Shown piece after piece: positions 31,601 through 40,750 of a DNA stretch of 64,000 bases; the first letter of the stretch is position 1; every line of letters starts with the position of its first letter. The DNA lies in IMG/VR virus record IMGVR_UViG_3300023435_000009; one strand, 5' to 3'. The notes beneath the pieces are model-generated. The model searched no databases and was not told where the DNA came from. It was given only the letters and a program-made list of their open reading frames with translations. A program made the position numbers and the translations under genes. This DNA comes from a virus. Taxonomy: Duplodnaviria > Caudoviricetes.

Positions 31601-31791
31601 CGGAGGCCGGAGGTATCTTGACTGGGGGGGCGAAGATCAATCAGTCATCGGTGTTGGCCGGGGGTTGGCAGACGGTTAACCCTGTCGGACCAGGAGAACA
31701 TGATCCGCTTCTCGGTTTTGTGTGTCAGGGCGGTGCCCTCCTTCCCGTGGGCGGTACAGTGATTGAGGTTTTGTCGTCTCCAGCGGTGTGA
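25699..31791 (+). CDS. Very large virion structural protein with N-terminal Ig-like domains (2030 aa, GTG start)
   Basis: PPRLSSAVSLNGWEIEVFFSEEMD resembles bacterial Ig-like (SbsA/Big_5-type) starts; long beta-rich body; operon context. Confidence 0.7.
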   Translation: MPGPFTYPLPHPAGAGYGGVGWSPRAGDGTFDPQNVAYGYGEDSYGAIDFPAPPIAVDGGYGGDPYGTGPYGGIELVPPRLSSAVSLNGWEIEVFFSEEMDPNDLSLVDPLSYLLTPVDAAASEVLSVRIEKLGSISLHDHFQGVLSVIITHTGTTLGGTYEVWATGPTDVSGNPILDIPFELLTIGEAPVYTVSAASGNELLFQFSHAMLSAADEPAGSPGITNPASYQFTSDPDYPITLTPVIITHPYNGDASQVHQEVQGMTSVQYNCTISPATEIEYDGTILPSEATTFTGTEVFPGNGQSLITGGKLILNKAKVLSYGWDFLVLGGTIPADSTFRADVIVNAGAAIYAPPLAAFTTLNLGQAIFATGPVGMGTQATVTLQKVAGNQDRIHIQSGVWITTVMATWSSGDITLSMVRNRKAGFITFLLGGVPLVTVPTATISEPSTLAGAGVRWLLSPSLTNISGFQLLDVSFEQTETVWSAAWNFLHNMMGLFQGSAAHTRPWLLTQRGPLVKDWGDMTPATKQDVALWVNGGEVDVSDVNPYWGKVTPTIPIPLLPPGDPQADVKIDYHWMATPIMPLAGLNVEGAVLNKWDRATGHHDPAFHGEQIQDATHAKGAPDISRFPMGVVIGPPDYPEPLLVSHRYMGFEKDASALLNSPTTMILNQDPRVSQVPAFESPTEGTTRAFEGAQSPTLDDPPWTLEGQDTGSAVNGIYTVIDSQSGAFNPDDPKVAMYWGEIDLNFPSNLYLVGKFSVPKDPVTEVASVSPHGVFTGVGFGVHDNHHLYLAGAIQLGTTDIIRHVGILKDPTMMHLLDGWDLGPKATISIISSTVCTAASSSVPTGFTTGGRFNILSGSQAGVYTASSVIRHSTGTTEITVTPGFPANPKLYDNKYFDAIFEVDWVEDSSTYRMVVDPEQRTATLDISGRLSGRVATLDGTVAHMPQPAQTSLLLSTEYEGQVFWGSLDSFAVSHSSWSFLRYGIVPDQTSLRGYVQVVNTEMGDLPEEDPNEEWFLTEPFGTSEILMTGGMQLKSTAGSDAYNLVYGYSRIEPFLFPDANVDLRAFFGVDSAVLGAGDAEIVLQDGVRVIRLATLMYYEGDDPWRQLVEMPSVSCAGFMSPDQQGWDYSGDVGNDGLSEGPDFTLTVPAGETTRYRATADTTGLVCGDPGDRIGEVLVASDAAGYLFTLASPSGHSIQFWLREGATPGVELRTEAGVIVQAYDFDWTDDALHAYRLIASSGVASLLIDNTLQLPTVGMGPFASGGSSQFLFGSVAPTSDMTTRWRSVSYSVIPPATVKRTFGIWLGGNKDDIDQWQIPRTDSTTAKNSDEIGPVVEEMDWRTPMEVRLLRTPEWGVTMLRPDLPMPPYYVPETPGVPGSGYATQTAVPSAGWINVEDAEIPKLPAIFGSISFGALDQRSVTQQHWDWVRYKIFKTITEEHKSPDHMVLNQNNVLTSGDWLLDRTLETATLQVASINSLALAPLHMVAEGVYKVVDGSTVYARTDWTFDANQQTLVLDKGLNFSSATATVTVLFYPGKPITDTYLLGQPVQDGMTLLNEGTPPVPMSQGVGATHEEIHGSFLNDPAHILNENPGFTLNDPYNVLVFVDDAEALYENMKFMEVDNSGDTGLISTPCEGTLPQGFSGHSPDEGEEVYSKTGTGASLGGVGQSAGLKATGTKVGEAVGAHVLGFKGTKFWEKMTSPKPSPFEQGGGMPGKTLFASGGNYLGPVVDLGGQIIDMKPLGGTLGPGTAVLYPNFVEGAAKPGTGIKGIYRRTDWFLRLHAVIGQNQQEKQLIEIMSLDSADNTPPTTPYRWAVNPSGTPPVNGYGACLAEYTGAGEYSHTGPWGGLSALEAAQDFGILEFLGLTVPVGTTAEVRSDAGWSVVFTAVAVPVLPTEFAAAPTPHLSLADAINNHAVTRNWVEAVAGLTWWGSRAVTVESLSPVVVGNLVSIWGTPPQIVVQDVLGTEAGGILTGGAKINQSSVLAGGWQTVNPVGPGEHDPLLGFVCQGGALLPVGGTVIEVLSSPAV

Positions 31792-31811
31792 CGGTAGAGC
31801 CTCTATTTTAG
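31792..31811 (+). promoter_or_regulatory. Second copy of candidate promoter motif
   Basis: CGGTAGAGCCTCTATTTTAG compared with CGGTGTTTCCTCTATATTTTAG at 15591; it lies just upstream of SD AAGGAG and ATG 31832. Confidence 0.45.
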
Positions 31812-31831
31812 GGCAAGGGTAAGGAGCCGGG

Positions 31832-32488
31832 ATGCTACATAGAGACAAAGCACGTAAGATCCAGCAGGGGGTGAAAATGGGCCTCGATATGGGAACCTTC
31901 CTGGAAAAGGGGGGCATTACCGCCGCAGTGGGAGGCGTTTTCATCCTCGAAATGCGAGATGCCACTACCGGGGAAGTTCTGGAGTATTGGGAAAAGAAAA
32001 ATCAAATCGTTTTGGATGCTGGCATTTTGGCTGCCCGACTTTTCAAAAACAGCACGGACCCAAGCCCGGCCCAGAACAACGGGCTGGTGATGCTGGGGGT
32101 GGGCACCGGGGCGACAGGCAACATCCTCTCACCCGACGCCCCGCAGACGGGGCAGCGAGAACTGAACGCCGAGATCGGACGGAAGGCTTTTGCCTCTACT
32201 CAGTTCAGGAATGCCAACGGGGTGGCGGTTTCCTACCCAACGAACGTCGTGGATTTCACTACGACCTTCGGGGAGGCCGAGGCGGTCGGGCCGTTGAACG
32301 AGATGGGCCTGATGAGCACGGCGTCATTGAACCCGCTCATCACGAACCCGATCCAGAACGGCCCGACTGACTATGACCCGACGATTGATGTGACTGGCAA
32401 AGACCTGATGGCTAACTATTTAACCTTCAGTTGTCTTTCAAAGCCGTCGACTGCGGTGCTGACCATTACGTGGAGACTTTCCTTTTGA
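31832..32488 (+). CDS. Baseplate/tail-fibre attachment protein (tail-collar-fibre-like, 218 aa)
   Basis: The pattern KNQIV..AG...A....LGVGTG...LNAEIGRK...FTTTFGEAEAVGPLNEMGL...K....LTITWRLSF resembles phage tail-fibre adaptor proteins; SD AAGGAG. Confidence 0.6.
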   Translation: MLHRDKARKIQQGVKMGLDMGTFLEKGGITAAVGGVFILEMRDATTGEVLEYWEKKNQIVLDAGILAARLFKNSTDPSPAQNNGLVMLGVGTGATGNILSPDAPQTGQRELNAEIGRKAFASTQFRNANGVAVSYPTNVVDFTTTFGEAEAVGPLNEMGLMSTASLNPLITNPIQNGPTDYDPTIDVTGKDLMANYLTFSCLSKPSTAVLTITWRLSF

Positions 32489-33495
32489 TGTCCGAACCAA
32501 CAATGAGCTTAGAGAATGTAGACATGGTGATTTGTAAGAACCATCTCCATGTTGTGGTGTGTCAAATCTGTGGTGTAGAACGACGACGGTTGGGGGCACA
32601 CATCAAAGCGACACATGCTATGACAGTTGAGGAATACAAAACGAAATATCCAGATGCCTTAACAGAGGTGCCGGGTTCCCGAAAACGATCTCCTGAATGT
32701 CGAGCCAAACAATCTGTAGCAGCATTCAAACGATGGGCAAACCCTGATGAACGGGCTGCACAATCAGTTCGGCTTAAAAAGGCCGCTCCCTGGAAGGGTA
32801 AAAAATTCACCGATGAGCACAAACGTGCTATCAGTAGGGGTGGCCGTGGCATTTCGCACAAGTTGACTGATGAGTCGAGACAAGCGCAGGGGGACCGGGG
32901 TCGGCGTGTGCTGTCTGAGATCCGTAATGATCCACAGGTCCGTTTGAAGATAGGAGCAGCAACCAGGCGTCGGTTCCAACAGGGGGAACAATTTGGGTTT
33001 CGGAGTCCCGGCGTTTTTGATAGGATTATGGCCTCAAAGGTACGAAACGGAACTGTGGTGTCCGCAAACGCTGGACGGGGTATTACTGGCTTCCGTGTTG
33101 GTATTCCACACTATTGTCGAAGTACCCTTGAAGCCAATTTCGCTAGAGTACTTATATCGGAGAACATCCCATATGAGTACGAGCCAAAGGTGTTCCTTTT
33201 GCCTAACGGTCAGCGATGGACACCTGATTTCCTGCTGGCTCGGTCGTTGGGAAACCTTGTACCTGCGGGTTGGGTCGAACTGAAGGGGTGGCGAAATAAG
33301 GATGGGACTTTGCCCGGTGCTGCGGACAGCAAAATCAAAGCTTTTGAATCTATGACGGGCGAACATATGACTGTAGTTACCCAGGATAGTACCCTGTGGG
33401 GCGTAATTGAGAAACGTTACGCTGGTAAGGGGGCCTGGGAAACTGGTCGCCGGAACAGACGGACCCATCCAGAAGTGTTCGGACGGACAAAATAG
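32488..33495 (+). CDS. Free-standing homing-type endonuclease: Zn finger + NUMOD3-like repeats + PD-(D/E)XK domain (335 aa)
   Basis: N-terminal CQIC...HIKATH; basic NUMOD3-like KRSPECRAKQS and KFTDEHKRAIS; C-terminal YEYEP...WTPDF...VELKGW. AT-richer than its neighbours. The start overlaps the upstream stop (TGATG). Confidence 0.75.
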   Translation: MSEPTMSLENVDMVICKNHLHVVVCQICGVERRRLGAHIKATHAMTVEEYKTKYPDALTEVPGSRKRSPECRAKQSVAAFKRWANPDERAAQSVRLKKAAPWKGKKFTDEHKRAISRGGRGISHKLTDESRQAQGDRGRRVLSEIRNDPQVRLKIGAATRRRFQQGEQFGFRSPGVFDRIMASKVRNGTVVSANAGRGITGFRVGIPHYCRSTLEANFARVLISENIPYEYEPKVFLLPNGQRWTPDFLLARSLGNLVPAGWVELKGWRNKDGTLPGAADSKIKAFESMTGEHMTVVTQDSTLWGVIEKRYAGKGAWETGRRNRRTHPEVFGRTK

Positions 33496-33506
33496 GGGTA
33501 GGGGAG

Positions 33507-36500
33507 ATGGCCGTGAAAGATTACACCAAGCATTACGACGGATTGAGAGATCCGCTGGGTGCTACGCCGACCCCAAATACTGTGTCTCGAAACATCGAGG
33601 TCGGAGAGCGGGCACTTACGACTGTCGTATGGCAGTCCGGCAAGGCCGTCCTCGATTCTGAGTTGCAGTGTGGCCAGGATGCAGCCTGGTGGGATACCTT
33701 CACGTTCAGGCGGTGGCAGGTGCCTTCCGGCTGGTTGCGGGGGCAGACTCACTACGACGTCCTGCACGATTACACCCTCCAACTCGCTCCGGCAGTGGTC
33801 GTGGACGACATCGAAGACTATGGTGGATCGTACGGGTCCATTGGGCCAGGTGATGCCGGGATCCTCCCCGATCGAACGATGATCAACTGTTTCCTACTTC
33901 CTCGGTTGGAGTGTGTGGTGGCAGGACGGCCCATCGTCGTAGAGTACACCTACACCCGAACGCCGGGTTGGAACCTGATCCCCTTGTCACCTCCTCAGAC
34001 ATATGACGGGACTGAGGGGACAGTGAAGCGCACGGACTTCCTGTTCCTTGAAGTTTGGCAGGCGCTTGTTGCCCCCAGCCCGAAGGCTTCGGGTCAGCTT
34101 CAGGTGGCCGACGCTGCTGTCCTGGTTGCTGGTGACCTCGTAACAATTGCGGGGATGAATCTTACGGCAGTCGCCATTCCCGGTGGGGTGGACACATTCC
34201 TCATTGGTGTGGACGAGGCAGCCACCGCTGCCAACATCGCCCAGGCCCTCAATGACCCTGCCAACTCCTTCGCCACCACGGTGGCGGCTTCAGTTTCCTT
34301 TGACACAGTCACGGTCGAAGGTGTAGTGCCCGGAGCGGGGGATGTTGGGCCTCCCCCGACAGGGAACTTCATCACCCTTGCTGTAACGACGATGGTGGTC
34401 GGAGCGATGGTGGTCTCAGGACCGCTGCTGATAGGTGGAGCCGACCGTTTCGCCAAACCTGCTACGGATCAGGATGCCCTCTATCGCCATGGAAACGTGC
34501 TGTCTCCGTGGCCTGTGTGGCTCGAAGACGAGATCGTGGACCCGATAGTGAACGCTGAGACGAGTCAGCGGGTGCAACTTCAGTACCGTATCCGTCACAC
34601 GGACACACACCAGGGCGTGGGCTACAAGAAGCACCCGGACGCCTTCAGCAACACCACGGCGGCACCGGGGCCAGCACCCACCATCTACGCCCAGGGGGGC
34701 ACCCCTGCCCCTGTCAGCCCCTATCCCTTTGTCCCGGCGGATCGCACGTCCGTATGGATGAGTTCCTCTGCTGTTGCCTACGATGTAGAGGACACGGGAC
34801 TCTGGGTGGCGGGTGACGGTTCTGAGGCCGCAGCGATGGCCCTTGGGTCACTGGATGGGTACGTTTATGCCATTCCCCTCTGTTTCGTTCATAGGCATAA
34901 TGACGTCTCCAGCAGCATGGCGGGCTTTAAGGGTTTCGACCCCGTGTCCAATGCCAACGGAGCGCCCACCTATCAGCATCTAGGATACAATGGACCCCTG
35001 GGGGCGATTCCCGCTGGGGCCTCTGACCGTCCTGACTCCCACTACTGCGACGTCATCGACCCGACCCGTATCCTGGATCTCCGGCGACATATTCTGTTGC
35101 CCGGTGGCTTGGACACGGCCTCTGAGTTGCAGTATCAGTTCCAGTCCCTCATGGACGGCTCGAACCACACTTGGTCCGTGGACACATCCAGCAAACAGGA
35201 TCTGGGCGGGGATAGCGGGGACGTGTCCTCCCAGTTCCTCATCTGCAACGAGGTGGGGCGGAGTTCCGCACACCACGGCAACAACGTGACCTCTGGGGAC
35301 ACGCAACGAGGCGTTTTCATTAGAGATTTCGACCATGTCGCCCGGCGTTTCGGGGATCAGCCCGTAGTCGAACGGCTCGTGATCGCTTTCTATCCCGGTG
35401 ACCGGGAGGTTGGTCCTGTGGTTGCACCGGGCCTGATAAACCCCGGCAAGTATGTGGACCCCGTGGTAGGAGGGACGACGACCATCTGGTCTGAGGGCGA
35501 CGTTTTGAACCTGAACCTGGAGGAATTGGATGCCACGACTCTTGGTGGCATCTTCCAGGGCACAGCAGATGGGGGCGGTTCATTCATTCCAGGCGGTTTC
35601 ACTCCCTCGGTAGCTGAATTCGCTCCTTTGGGGACGGTTATCACGGACGTCCTGAGCATCTACCACGATGATGGAGACTGGAACGGCCCGGTGGATCAGA
35701 CCGTCCAGGCGTCCCTCGTCACGGGTTTGGGCACAATGCATCTCCAGGTCACGTTGGATGGCAATCCCACCCAAGTGACTGGGGGTCTCGATGTCGCTAC
35801 CTATGACATGGTTGAGGACTTGGTTGCACCCGCAGACGGGTCACCCCGTAGGATCTTCCTTGAAGTCGAGATCACCTATCCGCTGGGGACGGGGACTACG
35901 GATACCCCGGACCTCCTGATCACTCCTGATGGTGACGTGTACGACGGGTCGAAGGCCTTCGGAGAAGCTCCCGGTCCCGGTCCGATCATTGAGAACGACG
36001 CCGGACAGAGGCCAAACGATTTCGAGGCGCTCCTGGCCCCTGAGTACCGGGACACCTACCGAGAGGTGCATCTGGAGTATATCGCCAACGACACGACCAG
36101 CCATGCAGTGCCCCCGAGTGCGGGTGTTCCGGTGCCCGACACCGTCGTGAGCCGGGACCGGGACACCCTGTACCCGCCACGTCGATTGTACGGTAGTAGG
36201 ACCAAGCTGATCACTGTCGTTGATGCCCAAACGGCGGCTCCCATGGTCGTTGATACGGCTACGACCGAGTACGGAAGTAGTAGCCGGAAGCTGGACGTAA
36301 CAACGAACCTCTCGGGTGTTGGGCACACCCTCTGCGACATCACCTATTTCCCACTGGACCCGATCTCCAACTACGGTGTCAACGGTGGTGGCTATCAGGT
36401 GAGTGCCTACTTCCGGTCGAATGCACCGCAGACGGCTGGGGTCAAAGAGGGGGACATCAAGTCAACGGGGGATGGGGTCATTCCCACCATCCTTAACGTA

Positions 36501-37121
36501 GAACCTCTCCTGATGGGGCCAACTGTGTGGTCCGGGCAGATCGGTTCCGGTTCCCAGGATAGGGGTTACCCCTACGGGATGGCACTGGATCAGATCCCCA
36601 TCAACGATGATGGTGCCGTACCCCTCACCAGGGAGTGGTATTTCTGCGCCACGGCCAACATCGCAGTGTCGGATTTCAACTCGGACACGGGGCTGCTCAA
36701 TCTCCATCCCTTCGTTCCGGCGGACACACAGAACATCCTTCAGTTCGGGGGTCTGGCAGCGGACGAGTCCCCTCTGGTAGATGGCGAATTCAGGGCCTTC
36801 TACCCCTTCGCCGCTGACTGGGTTTACAGGCCGACTGTCCTGTCCCAGCCGTTGTACGGAGCGACACGCCACAAGGTCATGCATCCCTTCCTGGCCAGGA
36901 TCGTGGAAGAGGTTCATGCTGTAGATGGGAACGGGATCCTGTTCCGTAAAAACGAGGTTGTCCTTGTTGTTCTGAGCCGTTTTGCCGAACTGGATGACGA
37001 AAACAACGTGCGCTTCACGGACACGGACAATGCAACGTGCGCTGGTCTGTACCGCACGAGAAATATGCTGCTTATCGTAGGCGACAGGTCCTATCCTGTT
37101 CCGTCTGCGCCTGCACCGTAA
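33507..37121 (+). CDS. Large virion structural protein, paralog A (1204 aa)
   Basis: N-terminal VVWQSGKAVLDSELQ motif (DUF4815-like by eye); collinear similarity to the product of 49707-56021. Confidence 0.75.
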   Translation: MAVKDYTKHYDGLRDPLGATPTPNTVSRNIEVGERALTTVVWQSGKAVLDSELQCGQDAAWWDTFTFRRWQVPSGWLRGQTHYDVLHDYTLQLAPAVVVDDIEDYGGSYGSIGPGDAGILPDRTMINCFLLPRLECVVAGRPIVVEYTYTRTPGWNLIPLSPPQTYDGTEGTVKRTDFLFLEVWQALVAPSPKASGQLQVADAAVLVAGDLVTIAGMNLTAVAIPGGVDTFLIGVDEAATAANIAQALNDPANSFATTVAASVSFDTVTVEGVVPGAGDVGPPPTGNFITLAVTTMVVGAMVVSGPLLIGGADRFAKPATDQDALYRHGNVLSPWPVWLEDEIVDPIVNAETSQRVQLQYRIRHTDTHQGVGYKKHPDAFSNTTAAPGPAPTIYAQGGTPAPVSPYPFVPADRTSVWMSSSAVAYDVEDTGLWVAGDGSEAAAMALGSLDGYVYAIPLCFVHRHNDVSSSMAGFKGFDPVSNANGAPTYQHLGYNGPLGAIPAGASDRPDSHYCDVIDPTRILDLRRHILLPGGLDTASELQYQFQSLMDGSNHTWSVDTSSKQDLGGDSGDVSSQFLICNEVGRSSAHHGNNVTSGDTQRGVFIRDFDHVARRFGDQPVVERLVIAFYPGDREVGPVVAPGLINPGKYVDPVVGGTTTIWSEGDVLNLNLEELDATTLGGIFQGTADGGGSFIPGGFTPSVAEFAPLGTVITDVLSIYHDDGDWNGPVDQTVQASLVTGLGTMHLQVTLDGNPTQVTGGLDVATYDMVEDLVAPADGSPRRIFLEVEITYPLGTGTTDTPDLLITPDGDVYDGSKAFGEAPGPGPIIENDAGQRPNDFEALLAPEYRDTYREVHLEYIANDTTSHAVPPSAGVPVPDTVVSRDRDTLYPPRRLYGSRTKLITVVDAQTAAPMVVDTATTEYGSSSRKLDVTTNLSGVGHTLCDITYFPLDPISNYGVNGGGYQVSAYFRSNAPQTAGVKEGDIKSTGDGVIPTILNVEPLLMGPTVWSGQIGSGSQDRGYPYGMALDQIPINDDGAVPLTREWYFCATANIAVSDFNSDTGLLNLHPFVPADTQNILQFGGLAADESPLVDGEFRAFYPFAADWVYRPTVLSQPLYGATRHKVMHPFLARIVEEVHAVDGNGILFRKNEVVLVVLSRFAELDDENNVRFTDTDNATCAGLYRTRNMLLIVGDRSYPVPSAPAP

Positions 37122-37135
37122 TAGGGGGAACGGAG

Positions 37136-40100
37136 ATGCCGAGACCGACTAACCCTGGAAGCATCAAGACAGGTCCAGGCAAGACCACTCCGGGCCAGAC
37201 GGATGAGTATGCTCTTGTCGGCGCTGGGATGGTCGGGCTGCCCCCGAACATTGGGGAGCCTGGTTTCATCCCACCCGGAGGAATCGTTCCTGAAGCCGGG
37301 TACCCCATGCCTCCGCTGGGCGGCGTGGCCGGAACTGGTGCTGTCCTTCTGACTCATCTGAATGACCCTAGTGGGGCACATTCGGCCATCGCTATCAGCA
37401 TCGACGGGCATCCCCCGTTGATCTTCTCGGAGAACGTCGAAGGAGCCTTGGACGAACTCATGGGTGCTATCGCCCCCGAGCCCCCGAAACTTGGTGAGTG
37501 GCTCGCACATATTACCCCACAGTTCGACTGCGTCCCCGACTGGGGTGAGGCTCGGATGGACGACGGTCCTGTTCCTCATGAGGAACCCCCAGGGAACACG
37601 GAGACTGGCGAGGAGGTCTACCCCTGCTACTGGACGGCCCCGACTCCGGTGGGGGATGTGTCCTTCCTGTCCTATGGTCTCCCTGGTGAGGATCCCTACA
37701 CGGACCCCATCTGGAATCACATCCCAAGCAGTCTTGGGGTGGGACTGGTCGAGGTCTGCCCCATCGCTGGGGGCTACACAGACCCCGTTACCGATGGTGT
37801 CGTGCGGACACGCCTCTTCACGCCCCTTGCGGCCCTTCCGTGGGCCACGGAGGACGCTCCTGTCATCAACCTATCGGGTGCTCTTCACCCGGCAGACAGA
37901 GGTGTTCTGGCGCTTGTTCATTTCCCGTCCCTGGACTCGGGGACCGCCTTCCTTGACCAGACGTTGGAGGAGAGGTGCTGGGCGGCTCTCCTGCTGGGCC
38001 AGGGGCTGTACCAGAATCCGGGGTGCATCGCCAGTCCTACCCCAACGAGTTGCGATGGGGATGTAGGGGGCATTTTCGCCCCCGGTGAAGACGCTGACGG
38101 CAACTACGATCCCTTTGCTTATCCGGGCAGGGCCTCAGGGCAGTATGATCTGGAGGAAATGCACACAGGACTGTCAGGTATCGATGGGTCAGCCCTTCCG
38201 GCGGCGGGGGCACCGAGAGTCAAGGACGCTATAATTCCCGGAGCCGGTCAGGTTCGACTGGGTACGGACCCTGACGCTGGTGAGATTGACCCCACGGACT
38301 ACGGCATCCCAATCCTGGGGGCGAGCGTTGCAGCGTACAGCCCTGTCGTACTCAACAACGCCAGTTTCATCCCTCCGACTCCCACGTTGGGTCGGACGGT
38401 AGTGGCACCAGACAACTTTTTCCGATACCGCCTGCCCTATCTGGATGATTACAGCCAGAGCACAGGACTGAAGTACACCCCGAGAGGGGAGACCCCTATT
38501 GGCACACGGGAGACGGGGCGCTACTTCGAGGTGGCTCTTCCTTACAACACGATTGCTGGCCTGGTGGAGACAGTAGGGGGTGCCGACCGACTAGTAAACG
38601 CTGGAGCCTATGGGGGTTTCGATCAGGACTATTGGACCTGGCAGCTTGCCCGGTACAAGCAGTTCTTCTTCCAGTCCGAAGCTGTTGTAGCTGGCCGACG
38701 CATCGGGACCAACGTCTTGATCCATTTCAAGACCGAAGCGGACTTCGAAACCTGCGTCCGAGATGGTGTGATGCCCTGGGATGCGGCGGACGGATACGAG
38801 ACCTATGGGGTGACTCCTCAGGTGGATCCGCTCGTTGGTGTCCCGGACACCTATGCCGATCTGGTGAACCGTAAGGTGGTTGGGGACATTCCGCCGACGT
38901 ATGGCTACGAGGGCAACGCTTACAACGTCCTGCGGGAGAACATGTTCCTGGCGGATACCGTCACGACCCCGACGCCGGACGTCGCATCCGAGTGGAGCTA
39001 CGATGTCAGCGTCCCACCACTTGACTACATGTATGTCAGCGGGGTGGCCTACATGGTCCCGCTGCACATCGACGGCACGACCAACTTCCGCATTGCCACG
39101 TTGTACGCTGAGTTCGCCAACGCTTGGGACGATGGTTACAGGGTGGATGACAACCCGATGACGGGTGATCCTTCGGCAGAGCCCTCCTCGGTCTCCAGTG
39201 CCAACCCGGCGCTCCTGTCCCTGTCCCACTTTGCTTACGACACGGTGGCGGGTACTCCGACCTACAACATCCCTGGTGGTACCACGGATGCACGGGGCGA
39301 GCGACGACAGCGGGTGGAGTTCCCCTTCACCTTCACAGGTCTCTTCACGGAAAATCTGGGGCCAACGGCTGCGGATGCCCTCGTGATTCAGTTCCAAACC
39401 GCTGCGACCCTCGACGGGGATGTTCTACCTGCCTTTGCAACGAATGCTGCCCCCCGAGTGTTTGTGAGGCGTCCCACGACGCCTCCGATGCAGCCCGTTT
39501 CGGCTGATGGACTTGGGTATAAACTGCCCCTGAGTGGAGCACTCACCGATCAGGTGCTCTTCCACTCCACTGGTTTCCACCTTGCGGCTGGTGTCGGAGT
39601 GGGTTCATCCTTCGGCAACTTTGTCGATGCTACTCCCCGAGCTTGGGGTATCCTTTCGGATGCAACGAAGGATGTGTCCGAACGGTTCCTGGATGAGGTG
39701 TACCGGATCAAGCAAGACCTCCCGATTGTTGGTTGGCCCGCAGCCAAGATAGCGGCTCTTGTTGGACCTGGAATGGGCACCTGGGCTGGTGGTCCCGCCC
39801 CCGTGCCCGTTCAGATCGGGAACACGGCATACATCCCGGCTCCCGCTCAGGCGGTATGGGATCCGGCGTCATGGCTCCAGGAGCAGGACTACTTGACCTC
39901 CGTCGCTCTGGTGCCTGAGCTTCAGGCGGCAGGACAGCCCGACAGAAACCCGCCGCCCGAAAACTGGATACGAAATCCGTTCGCTTCCGCTGGGGTGCTG
40001 TTGTACCCCCAGACGGACTACACGACGAACTTCCGTCCGGCGGTGGGGGAATTATCCGGTGCTGACACACAGTTCGATTACAGTGCAGCCGCCGGACTGC

Positions 40101-40750
40101 GAGAGTACATCCGTGCCTTCGATGCAGCCTTCTCCCGTGATGCGACGCTTCACTGGGATGCCGCTGGTCAGGCCACAGTGACCTTCCGCATCGACGGGCT
40201 GGTCCTGGGTGATTTCGCCTTTACAGGTGTCGGTCCGGGAGCTTTGGCCATCGCTGGTCAGGACATTGCCATCATGATCAAGGTGCCGGGTTTGACGACC
40301 TGGATGGACGTTGGTCGCCGTGACGGTGATGGACCCAGCAAGCAGGATGCTTTCTCGGACGGGGCTGGTTGTCAGGTAGTCGGGCCTTATACCTTCACGG
40401 GCGTAGACCCGGACACAGGGGCCGTTTTCAGCCAGATCCGTATCCATGTTGGTCCAGTGGCAACACTGGCCGCAGGGTACTCTATCGGTGGGGGTACCCC
40501 ACGGGATGAGGTTCCCGTTTTGGTGAAGGTCATGGCAGGCCCAGACTTCACGAACTACGACCTCACGATGAAGGCCACGGTGCCCGGCACCTTCCTCCCG
40601 GCTGTTGCCGATCCCGCAGTGTGGGCGCATCGGGTTCGGGGCATCCAGGAACTTTCGCTGGTACACCCCGACAACGTGCTGGCCCCGACTGCGGCGGAAT
40701 TGAGTGCTTGGGAAGCGTACATGGACCCGGCGACTGGTCCTGGGGCCTGA
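37136..40750 (+). CDS. Large virion structural protein (1204 aa)
   Basis: Start placed at ATG 37136 after GGGGGAACGGAG. It has a HLNDPSGAHSAIAIS...NVEGALDEL motif common in tail-associated proteins. Confidence 0.7.
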   Translation: MPRPTNPGSIKTGPGKTTPGQTDEYALVGAGMVGLPPNIGEPGFIPPGGIVPEAGYPMPPLGGVAGTGAVLLTHLNDPSGAHSAIAISIDGHPPLIFSENVEGALDELMGAIAPEPPKLGEWLAHITPQFDCVPDWGEARMDDGPVPHEEPPGNTETGEEVYPCYWTAPTPVGDVSFLSYGLPGEDPYTDPIWNHIPSSLGVGLVEVCPIAGGYTDPVTDGVVRTRLFTPLAALPWATEDAPVINLSGALHPADRGVLALVHFPSLDSGTAFLDQTLEERCWAALLLGQGLYQNPGCIASPTPTSCDGDVGGIFAPGEDADGNYDPFAYPGRASGQYDLEEMHTGLSGIDGSALPAAGAPRVKDAIIPGAGQVRLGTDPDAGEIDPTDYGIPILGASVAAYSPVVLNNASFIPPTPTLGRTVVAPDNFFRYRLPYLDDYSQSTGLKYTPRGETPIGTRETGRYFEVALPYNTIAGLVETVGGADRLVNAGAYGGFDQDYWTWQLARYKQFFFQSEAVVAGRRIGTNVLIHFKTEADFETCVRDGVMPWDAADGYETYGVTPQVDPLVGVPDTYADLVNRKVVGDIPPTYGYEGNAYNVLRENMFLADTVTTPTPDVASEWSYDVSVPPLDYMYVSGVAYMVPLHIDGTTNFRIATLYAEFANAWDDGYRVDDNPMTGDPSAEPSSVSSANPALLSLSHFAYDTVAGTPTYNIPGGTTDARGERRQRVEFPFTFTGLFTENLGPTAADALVIQFQTAATLDGDVLPAFATNAAPRVFVRRPTTPPMQPVSADGLGYKLPLSGALTDQVLFHSTGFHLAAGVGVGSSFGNFVDATPRAWGILSDATKDVSERFLDEVYRIKQDLPIVGWPAAKIAALVGPGMGTWAGGPAPVPVQIGNTAYIPAPAQAVWDPASWLQEQDYLTSVALVPELQAAGQPDRNPPPENWIRNPFASAGVLLYPQTDYTTNFRPAVGELSGADTQFDYSAAAGLREYIRAFDAAFSRDATLHWDAAGQATVTFRIDGLVLGDFAFTGVGPGALAIAGQDIAIMIKVPGLTTWMDVGRRDGDGPSKQDAFSDGAGCQVVGPYTFTGVDPDTGAVFSQIRIHVGPVATLAAGYSIGGGTPRDEVPVLVKVMAGPDFTNYDLTMKATVPGTFLPAVADPAVWAHRVRGIQELSLVHPDNVLAPTAAELSAWEAYMDPATGPGA

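Noticed and set aside
32410-33506. Group I intron carrying the PD-(D/E)XK endonuclease
   Set aside because: The upstream gene already ends with its complete conserved C-terminus, no second exon follows, and there is no room for an intron core.
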